DNA of 63,126 nt, filler included, from Octopus bimaculoides (GCF_001194135.2; 7 parts of 7 records of this genome joined end to end with filler, not necessarily neighbours in it); one strand, 5' to 3'; positions 48,840-61,944 are shown, counted from the first letter of the whole stretch. A program made the numbers and translations. Notes: generated from the sequence alone by a model not told the origin.

Positions 48840-49499
48840 GAAAACAGTTTGGATGCTCGCTATGCAATGAAGTTTTGCGTTAAACTAGGCAAAAGCGGCT
48901 ACAGAAATTTATGAAAAGATCTAGGCTGCTTATGGATTAACTTTTTCGTTGGCACAAAAGAAATAAGGAGAGTAGAGAGAAGGAGAGAGACGATGAGAGG
49001 TGTGGAAGGGAGAGAGAGGTCGGAACATCAGAGTTGATTGAGAAAATTCGCAATTTTCTATCAAGACAATAAGCATGAATTTTTGATTTGATGTGGCAAC
49101 TGTACACAGAATTATCCCTGAAGATCTGAACATGCACGAAATTTGTGCAAAGTTTGTTCCCAGAATGTTCAGCGACGAGCATCTTGGTAACCAACTACTT
49201 GACAGAGATGGGCATCAAAACCGTCCCTCACACTCTCTACAGCCCAGGCCTTGCTCCTTGTGATTTTTGGTTGTTCCTCTAGCCTAAAGAAACACCAGAT
49301 GAAAGAGACTGCGACAGGGGCCTGGACACCTTCACTTTCAAAGACTTCCACGGGGCCTTCACAAAGTGGCTGGAGCGCTACAACAAATGCATTGAAGTTA
49401 GAGGATCCATCTTTGAAGGAGATATGAGTTTTGTCCTTATTTGAAATTAATAAATGCCTCTTCCGAAAAAGTCTCAAAACTTCTAGAATGCACCTTGTA
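48840..49499 (+). pseudogene. Internally deleted mariner
   Basis: YAMKFCVKLGKS, ICAKFVPR, YSPGLAPCDF (49238-49267), KWLERYNKCIE; right TIR ending caccttgTA. Confidence 0.88.
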
Positions 49500-49544
49500 T
49501 TTTAGATAATCGTATCCTATTGCTTAGGCCTCCATTTTATAGTA

Positions 49545-49682
49545 CTATGAACTCTTGTTTTATATTACTTGGAACTATGAACTGCAGTTTTATATTACTT
49601 TGTACTGCTGCTTTATATTACTTGGAAATGCACCTACGTGTGTGTATACATACAAACATACATACATACAAACAAACATACA

Positions 49683-49715
<33 letters not shown>

Positions 49716-50805
49716 TGTTTTGAACTTATATTACTTTCAACTACAACTCTATTACTTTGAACCACAGTATTATCCTGCTTTGAACTGACGTTTTATATTT
49801 CTTTGAACCGCCTTTAGATATAACTTGAAGCCTCTGCCGCTGTCAGATCAGCGTGGAGGTCACTCACCTAACGGGCAACAGCTTTCTTAGAAGAGGACCA
49901 GCGACAGCAGCGTCTCGCTACTGCAAGGCGTCACAGGGCAGCGTCCTCTATAATCTAGAGAACAGACTATCGTTATGGCACTCGTGGGCGCCTGTGTGCT
50001 TCCAGCTTTTGACTGCGTTGTCACATGCACCATCATCGCTGAGAACAGACTCTGCCATCATCGGACACCGATGGACTACCAACACACAGACACACACACA
50101 CACAGTGACATATCACCCATGCATACCAGCCTCCCCTCTCCACACCACTGATGTTATCCAAGGGAAAGGCAAAGGCCGATATAGCTTGGAACCAATGACA
50201 TCATAACTCATTCCTACAGCTGAGTAACTGAAATAACATGAAATAAAGTGTCTTGCTCAAGAACACAACACACAGCCCAATTGGGGAATCGAACTCACCA
50301 CCTTACGATTGTGAGCCCGATGCTCTAACCACTGAGCCATGTGTCTTATGTTTCTGCATAAAGTCAGAAGGTTTGAAGTTGAATATACGTTCATTTATTT
50401 AACCACGTGACAGCCATATTATTTTTCTGTTAATAATAATACAATATATCGTGACTAGGTTACTTATCTTTTACTGACAAAATCAAAGAAATTTTGTCTG
50501 GTTACGGACTTCCATTCATTGTGTATATAAGGTGTGAATTTTGTGTGTACATTTAGAGTTGAATTGTTTGTGTAACTATGATATTCCAGTGATCTGATGA
50601 GCTAGCTTTCTTTATTTGCATTAACCTGTGAATATACAATTGAATTGTATAATACTGGGCATATATATTAATGCAAACATGAACGCATAAGTTCTTGAAC
50701 TCTGAAATTAAATATTACACGAAGAAAGTTGCGAAACGGCTATAATAATGAAGAAATCACGTAGTTAAGTAAACATATATTCAACTCTAAAACCTCCTGA
50801 CTTTA

Positions 50806-50873
<68 letters not shown>

Positions 50874-51245
50874 TGCGTGCGTGCGCGTGTGCATGCGCGT
50901 GTGCGTGCGCGTGTGCGTGCGCGTGTCTATGTGTGTGCGTGTGTGCGTGTGTGTCTATGTTACTTTGAATTGCCGTTTTGTATTACTTAGAACTGCTGTA
51001 CTATATTATTTCCTGGTGCTGTTTATATTACTTTAAACAATCGTTTTATATTACTTTCAACTCATGCTTCATATCATCTCGATTTGTACCATATTACTTT
51101 GAGCTGCTGTTTTTATATTGCTTTGCACTGGGCTTTATATCAATCAGAAGTTCTGCTGCATATTACACACGCAGTATATATTTGCACTATCTTTTTCTAT
51201 TACTTTGCACTGCCGTTTTATACTTCATTGAACTACTACTACATA
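49545..51245. repeat. Two patches (49545-49830, 50960-51245) of a diverged ~23-bp minisatellite TTTTATATTACTTTGAACTGCTG
   Basis: recurrent tatattactttgaac units in both patches. Confidence 0.7.
50110..50345 (-). mobile_element. SINE family B
   Basis: reverse complement of the 61945-62180 portion. Confidence 0.85.
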
Positions 51246-51289
51246 ATTTTTCAGTTGCTATATCCGATGACTTTGGTGAGGGGATTTTA

Positions 51290-51817
51290 ATGAACTGCAT
51301 ATTTGGTATTATATGCTTTACAAATTTTGTAAGAGCAGCGCTAAAACATGTGTACACAGTATAGTGTGAATGTTCGAAAATGCCAAAGATGGTTTAACGA
51401 ATTCAAACGTGGTTAATTCGACCTTTTGGATGCGTATCGGTCAAGGAGACTGACTGTTCTCAATAATGATGTTGTGAAAACAGCAATTAAAGGGGATCTG
51501 CGTCAGACTATCGGAAACTTGTCCCAAAGACTTAATAAAGCTTGTTTCACTGTACAAGATCATTTCAAACAGATTGGGGAAAGTGTGCGAGGAAGAGAAG
51601 TGGGTACCTCATGAGCTGTCCCCCGACAATAATGCAGTGCATTCAACAAGATATTTTAGGGTAAGATAAATTCATTAGGCTGCTAAACTCTGCCTCACCA
51701 GATTCGGCACCATCAGATTTCCGCTTATTCACGTCACTTGAACACTCTACCAGTGGAAAAACAATTCAGAGACGATGTCGAAACGGCAGTCCAAAGATTT
51801 TTCTATTCTAAAGAACT

Positions 51818-51854
<37 letters not shown>

Positions 51855-51930
51855 TTCTGAGAAACCAAAGCAACAGGTTTCGAGAAGGAGAAATAATATT
51901 GCTAACGATGACAATTATACTTTGAGGGAA
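51290..51930 (+). pseudogene. Internally deleted mariner (second subfamily)
   Basis: CQRWF..FK.G, WVPHEL (51601-51618), PDSAPSDFRLF (from 51698). Confidence 0.88.
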
Positions 51931-52002
51931 TAAACAGATTTACGAATAGGTTTTGTTTATGCACGTACATATGTACATACTTATATATACACACACATAT
52001 TC

Positions 52003-52409
52003 TTTTATTCTTTTTCTTTTTTCTTGTTTCAGACTGCGGCCATGCTGGGGCAGTGCTTTAAAGAAGTTTTAGTCAAATGAATCGACCTCAGTACTTACTT
52101 TTTTTAAGCTTGGTACTTATTCTATCGGTATCTTATGCCGAATCGCTAAGTTACAGGGACATAAACACACCAACACCGGTTGTCAAGTGGTGAGTGTGTG
52201 TGTGTGTGTGGCGGGAGTGGGCAAATACAGACGCAAAACACTCATACTCACGCGGCGGGCTTTCTTCAGTTTCCGTCTACCAGATCCACTCACAAGGCTT
52301 TGGTTGGCTTGAGGCTATAGTAGAAGATACTTACCCAAGGGGCCATGCAGTGGGACTGAACCTGGAACCATGTGGCTGGGAAGCAAGCTTCTTACCACAT
52401 AGCCATGCC
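52003..52409 (-). mobile_element. Full-length SINE family C
   Basis: head, internal CA/TG tract, tail ending (AAAAG)-like. Confidence 0.88.
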
Positions 52410-52664
52410 TATGGATATAAATGTATGCATTTGCGTAAAATTAAATTGTGAGGTTATCTGTTCAAAGAAACATAGTAAGCCACTGTGACGAAAGTGCTCA
52501 AATATTAATAATGAGCAGCCCATAAGATACTTGATACACAACACAACAAACATCACAACACACTTTGCGCCATGCACACCATACAGCTCTTAACAAATCG
52601 TACGACGAAGCACACATGTCCCTAGCAAAACACCAATAAACCTAGGGTCATACGTAAGTCCATA

Positions 52665-52865
52665 ACTGGAACGCCATCGATTACGACGATGAAGGTTCCT
52701 GATGATCCGATCAACGGATCAATCTGCTCGTGATATTAATGTGCAAGTGGTTGAGCACTCCACACACATACACGTATCCTTAACGTAGTACTCAGGGAGA
52801 TTCAGCGTGCCACAGTATGTGACATGGTTGGCCCTTCGAATTACGGGTACACCTCATCTTTGTCA
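52665..52865 (-). mobile_element. SINE family A 3' part
   Basis: gatccgatcaacgg...gagcactccac...gggagattcagcgtg. Confidence 0.8.
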
Positions 52866-52936
52866 GCAGATATGCCTACTATAAGAGATTATCACGTCTT
52901 TAATACAAAGGAAGCTGGAATTAGCAACTACAGCAG

Positions 52937-52971
<35 letters not shown>

Positions 52972-52975
<4 letters not shown>

Positions 52976-53073
52976 GTGAAAAACTAGAGGTAGTCGATAG
53001 CTTCCGCTATCTGGGCGACCAAGTTAGTAGTGGGGGTGGGTGCGCTGAAAGTGTAGCTGCTAGAATAAGAATA
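52972..53073 (+). mobile_element. RTE-type RT fragment between (TA)n and a gap
   Basis: EKLEVVDSFRYLGDQVSSGGGCAESVAARIR. Confidence 0.8.
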
Positions 53074-53387
53074 NNNNNNNNNNNNNNNNNNNNNNNNNNN
53101 NNNNNNNNNNNNNNNNNNNNNNNNNNNNNNNNNNNNNNNNNNNNNNNNNNNNNNNNNNNNNNNNNNNNNNNNNNNNNNNNNNNNNNNNNNNNNNNNNNNN
53201 NNNNNNNNNNNNNNNNNNNNNNNNNNNNNNNNNNNNNNNNNNNNNNNNNNNNNNNNNNNNNNNNNNNNNNNNNNNNNNNNNNNNNNNNNNNNNNNNNNNN
53301 NNNNNNNNNNNNNNNNNNNNNNNNNNNNNNNNNNNNNNNNNNNNNNNNNNNNNNNNNNNNNNNNNNNNNNNNNNNNNNNNNNATATA

Positions 53388-53418
<31 letters not shown>

Positions 53419-53477
53419 TTGTGTGATTGTATATATGTATACACACAGACACAGGCATGTGTGAGTGTGTGTGTGGC

Positions 53478-53782
53478 CTAGTACTCAGTCGGTTACGACA
53501 AGTTTTCCAGTTGATTCGATCAATGGAACAGCCAGCTGGTGGTATTGACGCACAAGTGCCTGAGCACTCCACAGACACACCTTCTCTTGACGTAGTTCTC
53601 AGAGAGATTCCGCGTGACACCCAGAATGTGGTGCAAGGCCGGCCCTTTTGAATTACAAGTACAATTCATTTTTACCGGCTGAATAGACTGGATAAACGTA
53701 AAATAAAGTGTCTTCGCCAGGAACCGAACTCACGACCTTACAATCGTAAACCGAGTGCCCCTAACCACTAAGCCACGCGCAC
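53478..53782 (-). mobile_element. SINE family A
   Basis: tail, body and head (cctaaccactaagccacgcgc). Confidence 0.85.
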
Positions 53783-54456
53783 CGGATAAGGCGTGTATTT
53801 GTGTCATCCGCCCGGCTGACATTATTTTTCACTTTCGGTAACCTTAATTGTGTTTTGTAATTAACTTTTTCTCTCCCAGTTTGATTCCTAATGATGTCAC
53901 GCTGCGACTCTATCTATTGATCTATCAGTTTTTTCCAATATAGGTCAGGTCAGAGAATTATATTCAATTCTAATGTGTTCTTTCGCCTGCCCTACTTTCT
54001 GTTGTCTCTCGCTTTCTCTCTCTCTCTTTCTCTTCACTCCCCCTCTCACTCTTTCCCGTCACTTCCCCTTGCTTTCTCTTTACTTCTCACTCTCTCTCTC
54101 TCTCTCTCTGAATCTATTCTTCGCCCTTACCTCGTACATTCAAGCACACACGCACACACACACACACACATACATATACATATACACATTCGCATGTACT
54201 TACACACATACATACACACACACACACACACACGCACAAGCACATTTACAAGTAGCAGCACAGGCACACACACACACATTATACAGATAAATGCACAGCT
54301 GTCCACACATATATACATGCAACTATACACACACATACATACACATCTGCGTGCGTTTGTGCGTGCGTGTATGTGTTTTTTATACTTACACATACATACA
54401 CAAACATATACATTCATGCATACATAAATAAATATATACATAGATACAGACAAACA

Positions 54457-54493
<37 letters not shown>

Positions 54494-54593
54494 NNNNNNN
54501 NNNNNNNNNNNNNNNNNNNNNNNNNNNNNNNNNNNNNTTAATTAATTAANNNNNNNNNNNNNNNNNNNNNNNNNNNNNNNNNNNNNNNNNNNN

Positions 54594-54905
54594 GTAGTAC
54601 TGTAGCGGTGTGGTGAAGGGAGTGGTGGACGACGTTGTATGATGGTGACTGTCGTGTGACGATCGTAGTGATGTGGTAGCGGTAATACTGGTGCTGGTGC
54701 TTATAAATCCGTGGTGGTGGTGTCAACGGCAGCGCTGGAGACGACGATGATGATGCTGCCGTTGTAATGGTGGTGGTGGTGGTGGTTTTGGCGGCGGTGA
54801 CGACAGTGGTGTTGGTGATGGTGGTGACGGTATCTGCGTCTGATGATGATGATGATGACGACGACGACGACGACGATGATGATGACAATGATGACGATGA
54901 TGATG
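54594..54905. repeat. Decayed GGT/GAT/GAC trinucleotide field
   Basis: period-3 low complexity. Confidence 0.85.
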
Positions 54906-55339
54906 ACTACATGTATGTCAGATTGACCACAAATATCAACAGCTTCTTTTAAAATCCATTCGCACAGACATGAACTGTCTTCTAGTTCGTTGGGCGACAC
55001 GTGACTTTCTAATAACATCGTTATTACTTAAGCTAACTTCTGCAATGCCCGTTTCCTTTTTCTGCAGATCATTTCTTCCCTAAAGCGTAACTTTGGTACG
55101 CATCACATATTGCCTCAACTTCACAACGTGGATACGAATAAGATATGAGTTGAAATAGAACTATGTAATTTCAAAAGCTACAGAACAACAGCAATTAACT
55201 TGGCATCTTCTTGTAAGAAGCATTCTACTACTGTCTACTTTCCCAATAACTTAGCAATGGAGAATACAAAACCTTGAGAGGTACCACCTATGTCCAGGCA
55301 GTTGGTCAGTAGGTTATTTTGGAAACCACACTTCAATTG

Positions 55340-55505
55340 CTTCCGTTCTATATAAATGTTCTCCTTGTTTCTTTCCTTGTTTCTTTCTGTGTTCCTTTCT
55401 GTAGAAGAGCGTAGGCTCGAAACGTTAAAGACTTTTTCAGTTCCGGAGCGTTATACTAATATATCTATTTGTTTTCTACACCACCTGTCTTCGTCTGTTG
55501 TCTTC
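55340..55505 (+). mobile_element. Penelope-like pLTR remnant, copy 2 of 3
   Basis: homology to 9150-9320; followed by (TA)n. Confidence 0.7.
55395..55430 (+). ncRNA. Minimal type I hammerhead-like motif, U at core position 6
   Basis: CTTT-CTGTAGA-A-GAGC gtag GCTC-GAAA-CG-TT-AAAG. Confidence 0.6.
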
Positions 55506-56174
55506 TTTTTGTGAATTTTCCCTATATATATATATATATATNNNNNNNNNNNNNNNNNNNNNNNNNNNNNNNNNNNNNNNNNNNNNNNNNNNNNNNNNNN
55601 NNNNNNNNNNNNNNNNNNNNNNNNNNNNNATATATATAGGGTGTGGTAGAAAAATCCTTCTATATTTTACACGATCATTGGTGTGGCCTGAGTAACAATC
55701 TGAAATAGCTTGGATTTTCAGAAGAAGTCGTCAGCAAGCTGACATGCACTTTACAAATACAATCCGTAATACAATCCGTAACATTAAAAATATACAAAAC
55801 TTTTCTCAAGTTCAACAATGCTTTTGCTACTTGGTGCCTAACAACGGCGCTTCGTATGCTAGAAACAACTGCGTCCTTACAGAAAAATCTCAAATAGTTA
55901 TAAATTGAAGAGAACATTTATATAAATAGATACGTATATTTTGTATATTTTGTGTAGAGGGTGTCTATATGTGTGTTATTGAAAAGGCACCTCTTCGTGC
56001 AGCTAATTTTTTGATGAAGCTTATCCCAAACTCTTGGACTTTCTTATATATTTGTTCACATAGCAAAAACGTTACTATCAAATTTGCAGGAAAAGAATTG
56101 ACATCGAACATAGCGACTTTATGCATGGTTGATGATAGCTAAAACCAAATCTATCGATTCAATACATAACGGCC

Positions 56175-56400
56175 AACTGGCAGAGTGGTTTAGGCGTCGA
56201 TCAGAATGTTTCGAGGTATTTATTCCGACTCTACCGACTCTCTAGGTTCAAATACAGTCGAAGCCAACTTTGCCTTTCACTCTTTCGGGGTCGATAAATA
56301 AAGTACCAATCCAAGGCGGTGGCTTGACCGAATTATAAGAATGTCATACCGGATGCCTTGCGATATTCGTTCCGACTCTTTATGTTCTGAGTTCAAATCC
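56175..56400 (+). mobile_element. Two tandem old SINE family D copies
   Basis: aactttgcctttcactctttcggggtcgataaataaagtacc, then a second head with gagttcaaatcc. Confidence 0.7.
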
Positions 56401-56868
56401 ACATTCAAGTCTACATGGGTGTTAGACTTAATTTATCGCTCGCTTCAACGCTTCAGCCTGACATCATGAATACCTTTGGCAGAGTCCACTCTATCATCAA
56501 GCATTCGGGTCACGTCGTCGCCTTCAAGATACCTTTCTCCCTCACAATGACCAGTCTCGGAAACCTTCTAAAGGGTCATGAGCGTTGCCTTCCCCCTTGA
56601 CCCCCCAAAAACGATAATATATTCTGTGTCCTGGTTATCTATCTATATATATATATATACACACACACATATATATACACATATATACATACACATATAT
56701 ATACATATACATATATATACACATATATACACACACACACATATATATATACATATACATATATATACACGTATATATACACATATATATATACACATAT
56801 ATATACACACACATATATATACATATATACTTACATATATATACACATATATACATATATACACATAT

Positions 56869-56899
<31 letters not shown>

Positions 56900-57050
56900 T
56901 ATACATATATATATGCACATATATATATATACGTACATATATATATATGCNNNNNNNNNNNNNNNNNNNNNNNNNNNNNNNNNNNNNNNNNNNNTTAATT
57001 AATTAANNNNNNNNNNNNNNNNNNNNNNNNNNNNNNNNNNNNNNNNNNNN

Positions 57051-57199
57051 TCTTGAATTTTTCGTCTACCTAATCCACTCACAAGGCATTGCTTGGTCCG
57101 AAGCTATAGCAGAAGACACTTACCAAAGGACCGACGCAGTGGGACTGAACCTGAAACTATGCGGTTGGGAAGCAAACTTCTTACCACACCGCCACGCCT
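57051..57199 (-). mobile_element. SINE family C 5' half
   Basis: homology to 42870-43024. Confidence 0.85.
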
Positions 57200-57804
57200 G
57201 CGCATCACTTTCTCTCTCTCTCTCTCTCTCTCCCTCTCAGTCTATGCAACATCTCTGTGCTTATATCATACCCTTCTCTCTTCCTCCCTCAGTCTAGTCT
57301 ATGGTTTTTTTCTCACCCCTTCTCGCACTATATACCTTTCTGTCTGACTCCCTTTTTCACCCACTATATTACATGACTCTGTTTCTTTAGTCTGTTCTGT
57401 CCCCCACCTCACGCACTTTCATTACACTTTTTCTTCATTTTATCTAGTTTCAGCTCATGAGCTGTGGCCATGCTGGGGCACCGCCATTTTCCAGGTTCGA
57501 ACCCAGGACAGGACACTTCAGAATGTCACCCTCACCTGGCTCATCTGCACTCACCTTTACCACCGGTCCTTTCTTTCTTTCTTTCTTTCTTTCTTTTCTT
57601 CATTTATTATCTTCTATTCCTTTCTTCTCTTTCTCTTCATTTCTCGTACATTTTTCTCCCTCAGACCTCTTTTTTCCTACAGAATCTCACGTTTTGTTTC
57701 TCTCTCTCTGTCTCTCTGTCTCTCTCTCTCTTTCTCTTATACACACACATCTCTCTTTCTCTCTCTCTCTCTCTCACACACACACACGTACATGTCTCTT
57801 TCTT

Positions 57805-58024
57805 ATTTCTTTATTGCCCACAAGGGGCTAAACATAGAGGGGGACAAACAAGGACAGACAAAGAGATTAAGTCGATTACATCGACCCCAGTGCGTAACTG
57901 GTACTTAATTTATCGACCCCGAAAGGATGAAAGGCAAAGTCGACCTTGGCGGGATTTGAACACAGAACGTAGCGGCAGACGAAATACCTTTAAGCATTTC
58001 GCCCGGCGTGCTAACGTTTCTGCC
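57805..58024 (-). mobile_element. SINE family D (tail type 1), young
   Basis: closely matches 28488-28721. Confidence 0.9.
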
Positions 58025-58424
58025 NNNNNNNNNNNNNNNNNNNNNNNNNNNNNNNNNNNNNNNNNNNNNNNNNNNNNNNNNNNNNNNNNNNNNNNNNNNN
58101 NNNNNNNNNNNNNNNNNNNNNNNNNNNNNNNNNNNNNNNNNNNNNNNNNNNNNNNNNNNNNNNNNNNNNNNNNNNNNNNNNNNNNNNNNNNNNNNNNNNN
58201 NNNNNNNNNNNNNNNNNNNNNNNNNNNNNNNNNNNNNNNNNNNNNNNNNNNNNNNNNNNNNNNNNNNNNNNNNNNNNNNNNNNNNNNNNNNNNNNNNNNN
58301 NNNNNNNNNNNNNNNNNNNNNNNNNNNNNNNNNNNNNNNNNNNNNNNNNNNNNNNNNNNNNNNNNNNNNNNNNNNNNNNNNNNNNNNNNNNNNNNNNNNN
58401 NNNNNNNNNNNNNNNNNNNNNNNN

Positions 58425-58631
58425 CACACACACACACTATTCCTCCCCTCTCTCTCTTTCTCTCTCTCACACCTCTGTATTTCTCTGTTTCCTCTTTCCC
58501 TCTTAATTCATTCCTCTCAATCTTTTTCTCTTTTTTCCACATTCACATCCTCCTCCTATATTTCCCTCTCTCACAACGACACACTTTATTCCTTTTCCTC
58601 ATTCCCTCTCTTTTACAATCATACTCTGACT

Positions 58632-58677
<46 letters not shown>

Positions 58678-59063
58678 CAGTCACAGATTCTGTTTCTCTC
58701 TTTGTCTCTCACTCTCTTTGTCTCTCTCTCTCTTTGTATCTCTCTCTCTTTGTCTCTCTCTCTCTCTTTGTGTCTCTCTCTCTTTGTCTCTCTCTCTCTT
58801 TGTCTCTCTCTCTCTTTGTCTCTCTCTCTCTCTCTCGCACAGTCACAAACTCTGTTTCTCCGTCTTAACACACATACACACACGCGGTCATTTTCTCTCC
58901 CTTTCACCCTCTAACACACTCTCACTTTCTCTCACAATCACACACTCCCAATTACCTCTCTTTCTATCTCTCCATATCACAATCACCATCACACACACAC
59001 ACACGCACACTTACACACACATACGCGCACGCACACACACAGTCACAGTAATATAGTCTACTC

Positions 59064-59094
<31 letters not shown>

Positions 59095-59361
59095 ATATAC
59101 TCCATTTCTCTCTCTCTCTCTCTTTGTCACATACTCCATTTCTCTCTCTCTCCTTCCCGCCCACTCTCTGCCTCTTACTCTCTCTCTTCCTCCCTCTCTC
59201 TCCCCCTCTCTCTCCCTCTCTCTCCCTCTCTCTTTCTGATACTAACTCATTTCCCCCTTTCTTCACAGTTGTTACGTTTCTGTTTCCCCTCTATTTCATT
59301 TCTAATCGCTTTTCTTTAGCTCTCATTGCTACCGTTCATAATTCCTCCCCGCACCTCCTCC
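58425..59361. repeat. (CT)n/(CA)n-rich low-complexity field with ~14-bp TCTCTCTCTCTTTG units
   Basis: direct tandem units. Confidence 0.85.
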
Positions 59362-59569
59362 NNNNNNNNNNNNNNNNNNNNNNNNNNNNNNNNNNNNNNN
59401 NNNNNNNNNNNNNNNNNNNNNNNNNNNNNNNNNNNNNNNNNNNNNNNNNNNNNNNNNNNNNNNNNNNNNNNNNNNNNNNNNNNNNNNNNNNNNNNNNNNN
59501 NNNNNNNNNNNNNNNNNNNNNNNNNNNNNNNNNNNNNNNNNNNNNNNNNNNNNNNNNNNNNNNNNAGTT

Positions 59570-60046
59570 CAATGTTTCCCAATTATCTTCCCCCAAGGCC
59601 CCACATGACTTATCAGTAAAATGTATGCCCCACTAGTGGTTGGGAAAAAATAACTTTATTTTTTATATTTAATCACAATTATTTAATATAAAAGAATCTG
59701 CCGGTAACTCTTTTAGCAAGTACTGAGTACAAGAAAGGAAGTACGTTATTGACTAAGAAATAAAAAAAAAATGTGAATCACTTTAATGAAAACTTTGTGC
59801 TTGGTGACTCTGGCAGATTTCTTTAATTCGAGGAGAGAATTTTGTTAGCGTTAGCTGTAAATCACTATTTCTTGTAATTGCAAGTCTGCTTCTCTTGGCC
59901 AGAAGCAAATCGTCAACAGCACTAAAGCCACACTCAACCAAATAAAACTAAAACTAAAAGAAAAAAAAAACTTTGGGATCTCACGTCACACCACAATTTT
60001 CCCAGCCACCACCAGTGGGACGTATGCCCCACGTTGGGAATCACTG
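59570..60046. mobile_element. hAT-like MITE
   Basis: TIR CAATGTTTCCCAA / TTGGGAATCACTG (11/13); left TSD half lost in gap. Confidence 0.6.
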
Positions 60047-60417
60047 GACCAGCTGTTTACAGAATTTCAGATATTTTCAGTGACATGGCTTATATTCTTG
60101 TATTTTGGTGTTTTTGTACAACTTAACATGTAACCATTTTTGTAAAAGAAATGACAGCAGTTCTTGGGACAAAGTAAGCAGAAACACCAACAATTTCCTC
60201 AGAATATTCCCTTTGAAACATTCCTAATAATGGAAGCATTTGTTATGCTTCCATTGACAAAGTTAAGGACTATTAATTACCAGGTACTTGCAAGAACTTT
60301 TAAGGGCAATAAATGGGGCAGGAACTATTATTGCTAAATTACTACCTTGTTGGACTCACAATAAAACTGGAAAGAACTATATCAACAATTTGTGTACAAA
60401 ATATTCACGCACGACCA

Positions 60418-60581
60418 TAGTGGCTTACGTGCAGACATGATTTCTCGGCAACCACTTGGATTTGGGCCAGACCCACTGCATGCAAACCTGGACATGTCTC
60501 TTTTACTAATAGCGTCAGGCCGACCAATGCCTTCTAATTGAATTAGACGGTAACTCTGTGGAAACCTGTTGGATATATGTA

Positions 60582-60590
<9 letters not shown>
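60418..60590 (+). mobile_element. Old SINE family C 5' half; matching 3' half at ~61085-61245
   Basis: cccactgc...caggccgaccaatgcc...agacggtaact followed by (TA)n. Confidence 0.6.
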
Positions 60591-60617
<27 letters not shown>

Positions 60618-61261
60618 NNNNNNNNNNNNNNNNNNNNNNNNNNNNNNNNNNNNNNNNNNNNTTAATTAATTAANNNNNNNNNNNNNNNNNNNNNNNNNNN
60701 NNNNNNNNNNNNNNNNNCGCAAATTTTTCTCTTCATATTTGTTTTCTACACATTTTTTTTTATATCTATTACACATTTTTTTTTGTTTTGTTTTGGTGAC
60801 CGGAAGTTAAATTAAACATTAATCTACTTCAGAAAGATTTTGGTTTTGGCCGTTCTTGGATTTTTTTAACGTTTACACAAACATCATTTCGTTATTTCCA
60901 TTCCAGTTTTTCATTTTACCTTCACCTCACTTTTTCCATAGTCACGTAGACCACATTGACACGTAGATTAGGATTACAATTTTTTGATATAGCCATCTGC
61001 GTCTCATACTAAATGTATACGAAACCAAGAAAAATAGACTGGTGGGTTTTATCTGAGAGGATATTTGTTTTTATTCACCCAACCAGCGCGTGACAACCGG
61101 TGTTGGATTGTTTACGCCCCTATACCTTAACGGCTCGGCGAAAGACACCGTTAAAATAAATACCCGACTTAAAAAAAAAAATTAATAAATACGTACTTGA
61201 ATAACCCCAGGATGGCCGCTGTCCATAAGTGAAACAAGTAAAAGGTTGTATTATAAGCACA

Positions 61262-61435
61262 GTGTGTGTGTGTAGCTCAAGTTTACAGAAAACGAAAGAC
61301 GGAGACAGGTGAGGGAACAACAATCAGGTCTATTTGTTTGACGCTCAGGAAGAATGGAAAAGTCTTTGACGCTTCGAGCCTACGCTCTTCCACAGAAAGG
61401 AATGAGAATTAAAAAAACGGAGAGAGAAAATTGTG
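61262..61435 (-). mobile_element. Penelope-like pLTR remnant, copy 3 of 3
   Basis: reverse-complement homology to 9150-9320 and 55340-55505. Confidence 0.7.
61364..61399 (-). ncRNA. Minimal type I hammerhead-like motif, U at core position 6
   Basis: CTTT-CTGTGGA-A-GAGC gtag GCTC-GAAG-CG-TC-AAAG (also A15.1 to G). Confidence 0.5.
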
Positions 61436-61944
61436 TAGGGATTAACGGTTTAACATGATATATGTGCGCGCGTATGTGTGCAAGCTTATTACAACAAACC
61501 CAATTAAAAGCCCCAACCGAAGCGGAGCAGCCCATTTCTCCCCATCCCCACCCTTGCTACGCTAATACGCTACTGCCAATTGAGACCTAAATCTAGACTT
61601 ATCAGCTTCCCATGTAATCCAGAAATCTTTGCTGATGGAAATCAACTTAAAGTAGCGAAGGATTCTGTTGAAGCACAAAGGAGCGAAATCTGAAGATGTG
61701 TTTAATGAATAAACTTGTTACTTCCGTCACAAAATCTGCGGTTGAACGTGGTTCTAGGAGAATTTTTTGTGTTTAGGGCTTCAAACTCTTTGAGGACATT
61801 CGTATTGAGATATTTGTGGAGGAAAAAAGAGAAAGGGGGATATACTAAAAGGACCCATATAAATTACCTTATAACCTTTTTCTTTCCTCTTTTGTTTTAT
61901 TTACTGTAGTTTCAAATACACACACACAGACACACACACACATT

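Larger units (their letters stand above)
44270..48840 (+). pseudogene. Decayed Helitron Rep-helicase, interrupted by nested insertions
   Basis: ordered motifs RPAGEDVRQFNAP..NEVA, LPSNFIGSPRYMHER, DCHISV.YCNSMKSIK..KYANKG, HLENGQRIYF, TVHP..QECFYFRLLL, ALAVASS.IAAT, LITWDE. Confidence 0.9.

Noticed and set aside
60229-60255. 11-bp perfect hairpin; also overlapping palindromes at 11962-11999 and a 10-bp stem near 32308-32352
   Set aside because: Short, single-copy, and expected occasionally in AT-rich or CA/TG-derived DNA.
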